From positions 64,001 through 128,000 of the forward strand of contig JASFLY010000001.1 in assembly GCA_050117845.1 (NCBI GenBank): a DNA stretch of 64,000 bases. The letters are read 5' to 3'. The notes below the pieces were generated by a model. That model saw nothing but the letters and a program-made list of their open reading frames with translations. It was not told the DNA's origin and made no database searches. The translations under genes and the position numbers were made by a program. The stretch comes from Candidatus Zixiibacteriota bacterium. Lineage in GTDB: Bacteria; RBG-13-66-14; B26-G2; WVWN01. Numbering within the stretch: position 1 is the stretch's first letter; each line of letters starts with the position of its first letter. Positions 46,869 to 56,882 of this stretch are shown in pieces.

Positions 46869-48131
46869 TTAATCCGCACCGGCGGCGGTGAACACGAACC
46901 GGTATACGACTGTACAGCTTTCCTCGCCTCCTGGCGGGAACCGCCACGCCCTTATGTGCCGGCATACTTCTCGCTCCATGGCGGCGTTACCCAGCGTGGA
47001 CGATTCGACCGAGCACGCCGTAACGGCGCCGGAGGTCGCGACCTCACACCGCACGCTCAGCTTGCCCGCCAAAGCAGCGTCCGCGCCGAGGTACTTATTA
47101 TATATGGGGTCGACGTCTTTCTTATACGCGTCCATGATAAGCGCGACGGCCTCACGCCGGCGCAAGCTACCCAGGGACGGGTCGTCGTAGCGACCGAGTT
47201 TAATCAGGAGCCGGGCTTTGCCGCGGCGCAAAAATCCGTCTTCGGGGAAGTGGGTCAAGGCTTCGTCGTAGGCCGCGAGCGCTTCATCCATCCTACCCAA
47301 TTCCTTCAACGCCCGTATCCTTCCCCCGTACGCCCGGTATCGCGTTTCAGGGAATTCGTCGTCAAAGGATTTGAGCGCGTCGCCGTAGCTTTCCGCCGCT
47401 TCCTCCCACCTCCCTAGGTCGGAGAGGATTTTTGCTTTGCCGTAAGGCGCCGTCCATCTTTCGGGCTTCAGTTCGGTTGCCCGGCCGAAGATCTCGACAG
47501 CCTCCTCGTACCGCCCCAACTCGCGGAGGGCCTTCGCTTTTCCGCAGAGCAGGAAATACCGCTCCGGCTCGAACGCAAGGCCCCGTTCGTACCACTTTAA
47601 AGCCCCTTCGTAATCGATTCGTTCGTAGCAAGCGTCGCCCTTTAATTCGCACGTATAAGCGGGTCGCCGTATAAGTAAATCGGGTATACCGAGAATAGAG
47701 CATACGGCGCAAGAAAAACCGACTAAAACCACGCCCGCTACGTAGACGAACCGGATCGTATTCGCGCGACCCATCACGTCGTCTACCGGGCGGCCGGTAC
47801 GGCCGTCGAACCGCTTGCCACATTTATCGCATTTGACGGGTACGGCCTCGCTTCGCCGCGGGAGAAGCCACCGTAGGAACCACGGTACGCCCCAAAAAAG
47901 GATTGCGGTTTTTTTATCGCTACCGCACGAGGGGCACGCTACTAACTCCGCGCCGGGGCTCCTCCCTTCCCGGCGATGCGGCCGCGTTTTCGGCCGCGTG
48001 GGGCCCTCCCCGCCGGTTCTCGGTACCTCCACGTGCGCGCCGCAGTTCCGGCATAGGACCTCGTCGCCCGGTTTCGCGTATTTGACGACGATTTCGCCGC
48101 CGCACTTCTCACATTGAAATTTCGACGCCAT
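46869..48131 (-). CDS. Zinc ribbon-TM-TPR-AgmX/PglI C-terminal (TonB-C-like) protein
   Basis: Four N-terminal CxxC; TM; TPRs; YNKYL...LAGKLSVR.EV..SG.V....VESSTLGN..ME..V...IR.WRFP...V.YRFVF. Confidence 0.8.
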   Translation of the reverse strand: MASKFQCEKCGGEIVVKYAKPGDEVLCRNCGAHVEVPRTGGEGPTRPKTRPHRREGRSPGAELVACPSCGSDKKTAILFWGVPWFLRWLLPRRSEAVPVKCDKCGKRFDGRTGRPVDDVMGRANTIRFVYVAGVVLVGFSCAVCSILGIPDLLIRRPAYTCELKGDACYERIDYEGALKWYERGLAFEPERYFLLCGKAKALRELGRYEEAVEIFGRATELKPERWTAPYGKAKILSDLGRWEEAAESYGDALKSFDDEFPETRYRAYGGRIRALKELGRMDEALAAYDEALTHFPEDGFLRRGKARLLIKLGRYDDPSLGSLRRREAVALIMDAYKKDVDPIYNKYLGADAALAGKLSVRCEVATSGAVTACSVESSTLGNAAMEREVCRHIRAWRFPPGGEESCTVVYRFVFTAAGAD

Positions 48132-48173
48132 TTACTTGTCTCCCGAGACATCTCCACGGTGTAAAGCGCCGGC

Positions 48174-48524
48174 CTAAAGCCGGCCCAATAACTTCAATAT
48201 AATAAATACTACTAGAAGAAGGCCGATGATGCCGGCCACGGCGGAGTAGAAACGTGTAGTCGTGCCCCCGTCGGACAATCCCCTATCAACGGGGAGGCCG
48301 GTTAGGCCGTCGAACTGCGTGCCACATTTCTTGCATTTTACTGGAGTTCCTTCGATATGGCGGCGAAGAAACCAGAGTTCGGCAACTCTCGAAAGCCCTA
48401 AAACGATCACGTCGGCTTCGGTGGCTCCGCACACGGGGCACGGTACGAACCGGCTGAAACGTTTCCTCCGTATCGTTTCGGCTCCCCCGCCACGTTTTTT
48501 GTTTGGGGATACGATTAAGGCCAT
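48174..48524 (-). CDS. Small zinc-ribbon membrane protein
   Basis: FVPCPVCG...PVKCKKCGTQFDGLTG plus C-terminal TM; paralogous to 44820 and 46869. Confidence 0.72.
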   Translation of the reverse strand: MALIVSPNKKRGGGAETIRRKRFSRFVPCPVCGATEADVIVLGLSRVAELWFLRRHIEGTPVKCKKCGTQFDGLTGLPVDRGLSDGGTTTRFYSAVAGIIGLLLVVFIILKLLGRL

Positions 48525-48660
48525 ACCGCAATCCCGGGGCGAACGGCCTCGGCGCCGCGCAAGGCCGCAAGCAGCCGCGCCGGCGCAAGGAACGAGATTA
48601 AATTATAATGGGATGTGATGATCGCGGGCCCTCCGCCTCGAAAAGTATTTCTATTGTTTA

Positions 48661-48689
48661 ATTATAGCCGAGGCGCGCGGGGAGGGCAA
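48661..48689 (-). promoter_or_regulatory. sigma70-type promoter heading the minus-strand envelope-protein island
   Basis: Minus strand TTGCCC-17 nt-TATAAT. Confidence 0.6.
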
Positions 48690-48704
48690 GGGGGGAGGGG
48701 CGCT

Positions 48705-48727
48705 AAAAAGCCGGCCCGAAGGCCGGC
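48705..48727 (-). terminator. Rho-independent terminator
   Basis: Minus strand GCCGGCC-TTCG-GGCCGGC-TTTTT. Confidence 0.85.
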
Positions 48728-48735
48728 GTCGGATG

Positions 48736-49011
48736 TTATTTCGGCAAGTAAGGCGCGACCAACGTCACGACGAGGAAGGCCCCCTGGCACAGGCCGATTA
48801 GGAACAGCAGCAATGTTATAAGGACGAGGCGGTTGGCCAGGTCGGCCGAACTCTTGCGGAACTCCTCCACCGCGTCCACCAACCGCGCCGCCGCTAACGT
48901 GCTAAGGGTCCAGCTCGACGTCTGGCCCGTCGGCAGTTCGCCCTCTTTTCGGTAAGCGTGGAGGCCCTTCTCGGCCTCCGTTACGACCCAGTCCCACAAG
49001 TTCTCGTCCAT
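48736..49011 (-). CDS. Small hypothetical membrane protein
   Basis: ATG with purine-rich RBS, C-terminal TM, own promoter-like element and terminator. Confidence 0.6.
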   Translation of the reverse strand: MDENLWDWVVTEAEKGLHAYRKEGELPTGQTSSWTLSTLAAARLVDAVEEFRKSSADLANRLVLITLLLFLIGLCQGAFLVVTLVAPYLPK

Positions 49012-49076
49012 GTCGCCTTCCCCTCTACGAGCCGTTTTCGCGCGATTTTGGACAAACCTTTACCCCTAAATTATAG

Positions 49077-51194
<2,118 letters not shown>

Positions 51195-51211
51195 CCCCCA
51201 CGCGGGAGGTA

Positions 51212-51901
51212 ATGCCAATGGCGAAGTTGGAATTCAAAGACGGCCGAGAAGTCCACGTCGACGAGGACAAATTGATAGCCGAAATAAAGGAGGGGGAGGC
51301 GGCATACGGCCGCGATATCCTGGAATACGACCCATTCGTCAACCCGGGCAACGAGATAACGAGGGAGGACGTGGAGGCCGCGTTCCGCATAGCCCGCAAA
51401 CCCCGCAGTAAGGCCGAACTAACCGCCGTCCACAACGCGATTAAAAAGAATAAAAACTTCTATGACGCGTTCCGCCTCATCGAACTCGGCACCGACCTCT
51501 TCACCACCGACGAGGCCGACGTGAACGACGCCATTACCGGCCCCTTGAAAGACCTGGTCGTGGGTCTCGTGGACCTGAAAAACGTGGATGTCGCCGTGGC
51601 CACGAAGATACTCCACCTGAAGCGCCCCTCCCTCGTTCCCATCCTGGACCGCTACATCTTCGCCTTCTACAGTTACCTCTACGTCGCGGGCAAGGGCCAA
51701 CGCAACGTCGGGACAAGCCTCCGCCTCCTGCGGGAGTTTCGCGCCGACGGCCGGAACAACCTCAACATCCTCAACGTACTCGGCGACCGCATGAACGACG
51801 CGGCGAATAAAAAACTGCCGCCGGGCCAGAAGGTATCGTTGACGCCCGTCCGCGTCCTCGACCGCATCATCTGGCGGCATATTAAGAAGCGGACGGGGTA
51901 A
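51212..51901 (+). CDS. DUF6308-like protein (HhH-like motif)
   Basis: VDVAVATKILHLKRPSLVPILD and C-terminal LTPVRVLDRIIW; GGAGG RBS. Confidence 0.7.
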   Translation: MPMAKLEFKDGREVHVDEDKLIAEIKEGEAAYGRDILEYDPFVNPGNEITREDVEAAFRIARKPRSKAELTAVHNAIKKNKNFYDAFRLIELGTDLFTTDEADVNDAITGPLKDLVVGLVDLKNVDVAVATKILHLKRPSLVPILDRYIFAFYSYLYVAGKGQRNVGTSLRLLREFRADGRNNLNILNVLGDRMNDAANKKLPPGQKVSLTPVRVLDRIIWRHIKKRTG

Positions 51902-51904
51902 CGG

Positions 51905-52915
51905 ATTCCCGAGAAATCCATTCCCACCTATACGCGTATCAAGACGAGTACTCGAAAAATCCTATTCATCTTCGTCGACGGCCTGGGGATAGGGCCGCCG
52001 GACGCGAGCGTCAATCCGCTGCTGGTCGCGCGGCTGCCCAACCTCGGAAAGCTGGTCGGGCCCGTGGACATGGCCGCGTGGCGGGAAGGCGTGTCGACCG
52101 ACCGGGCCACCCTTGTGCCCCTCGACGCCACGCTGGGCGTCCAGGGCCTGCCGCAATCCGCGACGGGCCAGACGGCCCTCTTCACCGGCGTCAACGCGTC
52201 GAAGCTCTTCGGCCGCCACAAGGAGGGCCGGCCCAATCGCCTCCTCAAGGGCGTGCTGTACAAGCACGGCCTCCTGCCGGTGCTGGGCCGCGCGGGCCTT
52301 AGGGCCACGTTCGCCAACGCCTACAACTCCTCCTCCATCCCCCGCTACATCGCCGGCGAGGCGCCGATGTCGTGCACTTCGGCGATGACCTATTACGGCG
52401 AGGGGGACTTCCGCACAACCGAGATGTTCAACCGCGGCGAGGCGGTGTACTTCGACCTGACGGGTCGCTACGCGCGGCGCCGCGGCGACGACGTCAAGCT
52501 GATGACGGCCGCCCGGGCCGGCGAGGCGCTGGGCCGAATCGCCCTCGGCCACGACTTCACCCTATACGAATATTTTTTAACCGACTTCGCCGGCCACCGC
52601 CAGAACATGTCCCGGGCGGTCTCTTACCTGGAAGATATTGACGCCGCGCTCGGAGCCGTGCTAAAGTCGTACGACCTGAGTCGCTACCTCTTCGTTTTAA
52701 CCAGCGACCACGGCAACGTCGAGGACCTTTCGACCCGTTCTCACACGAGGAACCCGGTACCGCTGTTGGTAGCCGGCGCGGGCTACGGCGAGTTCGCGGC
52801 CGGGTGTCGGTCGCTGATGGACGTGGCCCCGGCGATATTCAAATACTTCGGCGTCGACCCGCTTCGTTATTCCGGAAAACCCATTAACGACGAACTCATA
52901 ACGTTGCCCGATTGA
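51905..52915 (+). CDS. Alkaline phosphatase superfamily metalloenzyme (phosphoglycerate mutase/phosphopentomutase-like); start codon uncertain
   Basis: KILFIFVDGLGIG lies in frame upstream of the listed GTG; LPQSATGQT, TDFAGH, TSDHGNVED, HTRNPVP. Confidence 0.8.
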   Translation: MPEKSIPTYTRIKTSTRKILFIFVDGLGIGPPDASVNPLLVARLPNLGKLVGPVDMAAWREGVSTDRATLVPLDATLGVQGLPQSATGQTALFTGVNASKLFGRHKEGRPNRLLKGVLYKHGLLPVLGRAGLRATFANAYNSSSIPRYIAGEAPMSCTSAMTYYGEGDFRTTEMFNRGEAVYFDLTGRYARRRGDDVKLMTAARAGEALGRIALGHDFTLYEYFLTDFAGHRQNMSRAVSYLEDIDAALGAVLKSYDLSRYLFVLTSDHGNVEDLSTRSHTRNPVPLLVAGAGYGEFAAGCRSLMDVAPAIFKYFGVDPLRYSGKPINDELITLPD

Positions 52916-52925
52916 CGGAAGCTAT

Positions 52926-53882
52926 ATGGCCCCCTTACTCGAAGTAAAGAACGTCGGCAAGAGTTTCGGCGGCCTGGCCGCCCTGCGCGACGTCGACCTC
53001 GTAATCGACGAGGGCGAAATCGTCGGCCTGATAGGTCCCAACGGCGCCGGCAAGACGACGCTCTTCAACGTCATAACCGGGATTTATCCGCCGACCACCG
53101 GGACGGTTACCTACCGGGGCCGCGTCATCGCCCGGACGAAGAAGGCAGCGCGCTGGCTCGCGCCCTTCTCCATCGCGGCGCTCGTCTGCACCATCGCGGC
53201 TTTCGTCATCGCCGAACGGTTTTTCCTGACGCTTGGCGGCGCCGGCGGCCTGTCGGTCGGCGTGGCCCTCGCTTTCACCGCCGTGGGCGTAATCTTCGCG
53301 CCCAAGGGAGGCGTCCGGCCCGACCAGATAGCGGGCCGCGGCCTTTACCGCACCTTCCAGAACATCAACCTCTTCCACGACATGTCGAGTCTGGAAAACG
53401 TCGAGGTCGGCGCGCACCGCATGTCGAAGGTGGGCTTCTGGGACACCGTCCTACAAACGCCGCGCTGCCGCAAAAGCGAGCGCGAGGTGCGGGACGCCTC
53501 CGTCGAAGCCATGAAGTTCGTCGCCCTGGACGGCCACGAAGATAGCCAGGCTTCCTCGCTGGCTTACGGCCTCCAGCGCCGCCTGGAGATAGCGCGGGCC
53601 CTCGTATCCCGGCCGCAACTCCTTCTGCTGGACGAGCCCGCCGCGGGCCTCAACCCCACCGAGAAGAACGAACTCCTGGAACTCATCCGGCAGATTCGCG
53701 ACGCCGGCATTACCGTGCTGCTTATCGAGCACGACATGAAACTCGTAATGAACGTTTGCGACCGCGTATCGGTCGTCGACCACGGCGAGACCATCGCCGT
53801 CGGCAAACCCCAGGAAGTTCAGAACAACCCCGAGGTGATTCGGGCCTACCTGGGGACGGGCGCGAGTCGGAAGGGGGCGTAA
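52926..53882 (+). CDS. LivG-like ABC ATPase with inserted hydrophobic hairpin
   Basis: FGGLAAL, GPNGAGKTT, RTFQN, LAYGLQRRLEIARAL, LLLDEPAAGLN, IEHDM, VIRAYLG. Confidence 0.9.
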   Translation: MAPLLEVKNVGKSFGGLAALRDVDLVIDEGEIVGLIGPNGAGKTTLFNVITGIYPPTTGTVTYRGRVIARTKKAARWLAPFSIAALVCTIAAFVIAERFFLTLGGAGGLSVGVALAFTAVGVIFAPKGGVRPDQIAGRGLYRTFQNINLFHDMSSLENVEVGAHRMSKVGFWDTVLQTPRCRKSEREVRDASVEAMKFVALDGHEDSQASSLAYGLQRRLEIARALVSRPQLLLLDEPAAGLNPTEKNELLELIRQIRDAGITVLLIEHDMKLVMNVCDRVSVVDHGETIAVGKPQEVQNNPEVIRAYLGTGASRKGA

Positions 53883-53883
53883 C

Positions 53884-54615
53884 GTGCGAACGGGGATAAT
53901 AGCGGCCGCGTTGGCGTTCGTACTCGCGGCCGGGTGCGCGGGTAAGGCCGAGGAGGAAGAGGAAAAGGCCGCGCCCCGCCCGACGCCTACAGCGGAAACG
54001 GCGGCGGCAGACCCGGTAGCGGCCGACGTCGATTATAGGAAATTACCGCCGCCTTCTTGTAAAGGCGGCGCGCCACTATACGGCGTTATCGCTTCCCGGC
54101 GCTCGACGCGCACCTACGGCGGCCGAAAACTCACCGACGCGGAAGTGAGTCGCCTGCTCTGGGCGGGCCAGGGGATAACGTCTGAAGATAAGCGTCGGGC
54201 CGCGCCGTCCGCCGGCGCGTTATACCCCATAACGCTGTACTACGCCGACGACGCCGCGCTCTGGCGCTACGAGCCGGAGGGCCCGGGCTTGACTCGCGTC
54301 ACGCCCGACGACGTTAGGCCGGATATAGCCGCCGCCGGCCTGGGCCAGGCCCCCCTCAAACGGGCCCCGGCCATCATCGTCGTCGTGGCCCAACCGTCGA
54401 TAATCGCGGCCAAGTACGGCGACCGGGCGGACCGGTACTCCACCCTCGAGGCCGGCCACGTCTGCCAGAACATCCTCCTGGCCGCCGAGGACCTGGGCCT
54501 GGGCGCCTGTCCGGTGGGAGCGTTTCGCGATGACGAAGTACTCGACGTTCTGGGCCTCGGGGATGACTACAACGTGTTATACATGATACCGGTGGGAGAG
54601 AAGTTCGAGCCTTAA
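53884..54615 (+). CDS. SagB/ThcOx family nitroreductase-like flavoprotein with lipoprotein signal
   Basis: Lipobox LAAGC; RRSTR, LLWAGQG, RAAPSAGALYP, EAGHVCQNI.L, VGAF.D. Confidence 0.88.
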   Translation: MRTGIIAAALAFVLAAGCAGKAEEEEEKAAPRPTPTAETAAADPVAADVDYRKLPPPSCKGGAPLYGVIASRRSTRTYGGRKLTDAEVSRLLWAGQGITSEDKRRAAPSAGALYPITLYYADDAALWRYEPEGPGLTRVTPDDVRPDIAAAGLGQAPLKRAPAIIVVVAQPSIIAAKYGDRADRYSTLEAGHVCQNILLAAEDLGLGACPVGAFRDDEVLDVLGLGDDYNVLYMIPVGEKFEP

Positions 54616-54624
54616 GGAGACGAG

Positions 54625-55164
54625 GTGGAAAACGGCGGGAGAGGTTTGGTATTCGAGTCGGCGACCAACGCGAGGGGGGTAATCGATATGATCTATGCGA
54701 GCGTACTCTGCGTATTTATATGCGGCATTTGCGTTTGCGCGTTTTGGGTTACCTCTGAAGCCATTTCTTCCACGCTAGGTGTAGGGGGGTTCGATCCGTC
54801 TTTAGGCAGTATCATTGGGACCTTTACAGTAATTTCCGTAATAACCATATTGTTCGCCATGACCTGCGGCCCGAGTTTATCCAGGGTCACGTTAACGTTC
54901 GACGGCCGCCTCATAGTAATGCGTTACCCCGGGGGCCTCTCCCCACGCATTACGACGATACAAATTGAGGAAGTTATTTCGGTAATACGGCACGAGCCCC
55001 GGGACAACCTCAGCCTCCGTAGGATATTCGGCGATTTCAACCCGGCCAGGGCCGGCATAATAGTTAAAACCGCCGGGGAAAATTACTCGATAAATACGGA
55101 CGAATTCGATAAATTCGCAGAAGTGATTAAACGGTATAAACCGGAAGTCGAGATTTCGGATTGA
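54625..55164 (+). CDS. 2-TM membrane protein with bacterial PH-like C-terminal domain
   Basis: LVFES, two hydrophobic helices, VTLTFDGR; paralog of the next two genes. Confidence 0.7.
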   Translation: MENGGRGLVFESATNARGVIDMIYASVLCVFICGICVCAFWVTSEAISSTLGVGGFDPSLGSIIGTFTVISVITILFAMTCGPSLSRVTLTFDGRLIVMRYPGGLSPRITTIQIEEVISVIRHEPRDNLSLRRIFGDFNPARAGIIVKTAGENYSINTDEFDKFAEVIKRYKPEVEISD

Positions 55165-55201
55165 CGCTCAAAGCGTACACGGGTGAAAGGCCCGAGCCGT
55201 A

Positions 55202-55660
55202 ATGACTAACGCCACCGCCGGCCTCGTTTTCGAGAGTTCCATAGAGCGTACGATGCTGTTCCGCGTGCTGGCGGCCGCGGCGGTAATCGGCCCCGGCGTA
55301 GTCCTCGCCGTTGCCGTGGGTTACTTCTGGACCCGGGAGGCCGAGGTAGCGTACATGATGATAGCGGCGTCGGTCCTCGACTTCTTCATGACGATGTTTA
55401 TCGCTATCACGCTCCGCTACGTCGAGGTTACGTTCGACGGCCGCGTCGTCCGCTTCGGCTCCGGCGTGTTCAAGAAATCGATACCCATCGGCCAGATATT
55501 CTCGGCCGAAGCCGCGAGGCCGGCGGGCGCGGATACCGGCGGCGCCCGGGCCGTGAAGCTATTCACGGCCTCCGGCACCTATTTATTAACCTGCCGTAAC
55601 GCCGATACCTTTGTCGAGATTATTAAAAGTTACGCGGCGGCCGAAGGGGCGACGACGTAA
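55202..55660 (+). CDS. 2-TM membrane protein with bacterial PH-like C-terminal domain
   Basis: LVFES, two TMs, VTFDGR...KKSIPI..I.S...VKL.T. Confidence 0.72.
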   Translation: MTNATAGLVFESSIERTMLFRVLAAAAVIGPGVVLAVAVGYFWTREAEVAYMMIAASVLDFFMTMFIAITLRYVEVTFDGRVVRFGSGVFKKSIPIGQIFSAEAARPAGADTGGARAVKLFTASGTYLLTCRNADTFVEIIKSYAAAEGATT

Positions 55661-55661
55661 A

Positions 55662-56153
55662 ATGGTGAATAAGGAACCCGCAACCGTGCAATTCAAAAGC
55701 TCCGTCTTCTCGATGATGAACACGCTAATCCCGCTGATCGTCGCGCCCGTCATCCTAATGGGGATAGCCTTAACGCCGCGGGGAAACGCCGGCACAGTCA
55801 TGGCCTACGCCTCGTGCGCTATCGGCCTTGCGCTGATAGCGGCCGCGGCCGGCATCTTCCATCACCTGGTGGTGACATTCGACGGCCGGGAGGTCGTGTT
55901 CCGCTACGCGTTCATCAAGAAGCGTATCCCGCTCGAGACCATATATTCGGCCCAGACCCACGACATCAAATGGTTGCGCTTCGGCGGGACCGGCATCCGG
56001 ATCCGCCGCGACGGCGTAGGCTGGATCGCGGGCTCGGGGCCCGGCGTCAAGCTGGAGACGACCCGGGGCAACGCCTACGCCAACTGCGACCGGCCGGAGC
56101 AATTGGTCGCGCTCGTCGAGGACGCCATACGCACCCGCGGCGCCGGGAGTTAG
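55662..56153 (+). CDS. 2-TM membrane protein with bacterial PH-like C-terminal domain
   Basis: Two TMs, VTFDGR...KKRIPL..I.S...FGG.GIR...GVKL.T...DRPEQL. Confidence 0.72.
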   Translation: MVNKEPATVQFKSSVFSMMNTLIPLIVAPVILMGIALTPRGNAGTVMAYASCAIGLALIAAAAGIFHHLVVTFDGREVVFRYAFIKKRIPLETIYSAQTHDIKWLRFGGTGIRIRRDGVGWIAGSGPGVKLETTRGNAYANCDRPEQLVALVEDAIRTRGAGS

Positions 56154-56158
56154 TGGAT

Positions 56159-56878
56159 ATGAATAACGGCTCTTTTTTCAAACTGGAAGACGTAACCGTA
56201 TCGTACGGGCCTATAGAAGCGTTGCATCGGGTAACGATCGAGGTCGGCGAGGGCGAAGTCGCATGCCTCATCGGCGCCAACGGCGCGGGCAAGTCGACGA
56301 CGCTTATGACCATATCGGGCATCCTCAAACCCAAGGAAGGCCGGAAGTACTTCGACGGCGACGACATCACGAACCTCAAACCCGACCGCGTCGTCTCCCG
56401 CGGCATCGTCCAGGTGCCCGAAGGCCGACGGCTCTTTCCCCGCATGTCGGTCGCCGAGAACCTGGCGATGGGGACCTTCGCCCGCGGCGGCGCGGAGACG
56501 AAGCGCCGGCTGGAGCACGTCTACGAACTCTTTCCGGTCCTGGCGGAGCGGCGCAGCCAGCGTGGCGGCACGCTCTCCGGCGGCGAACAGCAGATGCTCG
56601 CGATGGGCCGGGGCCTGATGGCCTCCCCCCGCCTACTGTTGCTGGACGAGCCGTCGCTGGGCCTGGCGCCGCAATACGTCGAGACGATATTCGAGACCGT
56701 AAGTCGCGTCAACGAGGAGGGTATCACCATCTTCCTGGTGGAGCAGAACGCGGCCATGGCGCTCGAGGTCGCGGCCCGGGGCTACGTTATGGAGACCGGC
56801 GACGTCGTGCTGGCGGACACGAGCGCGAACCTGCGCACTAACGACGACGTCCGCCGGGCGTATTTGGGGGAGGGGTGA
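56159..56878 (+). CDS. livF: LivF-like ABC ATPase
   Basis: GANGAGKST, VPEGRRLF, LSGGEQQMLAMGR, LLDEPSLGLAP, LVEQNA, RAYLG; starts at ATG 56159 or GTG 56153. Confidence 0.9.
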   Translation: MNNGSFFKLEDVTVSYGPIEALHRVTIEVGEGEVACLIGANGAGKSTTLMTISGILKPKEGRKYFDGDDITNLKPDRVVSRGIVQVPEGRRLFPRMSVAENLAMGTFARGGAETKRRLEHVYELFPVLAERRSQRGGTLSGGEQQMLAMGRGLMASPRLLLLDEPSLGLAPQYVETIFETVSRVNEEGITIFLVEQNAAMALEVAARGYVMETGDVVLADTSANLRTNDDVRRAYLGEG

Positions 56879-56882
56879 GGCC

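Noticed and set aside
32258..48524. Integron cassette array
   Set aside because: Genes are co-oriented, but I found no recurring attC-like palindromes in the spacers and no integrase
53884..54615. Azole-RiPP cluster (SagB plus ABC transporter)
   Set aside because: No YcaO, E1-like protein or Cys/Ser/Thr-rich precursor nearby
55814..56152. Apparent 354-aa LivF with long N-terminus
   Set aside because: The extension is an alternative frame of the upstream membrane-protein gene; the real start is 56153 or 56159
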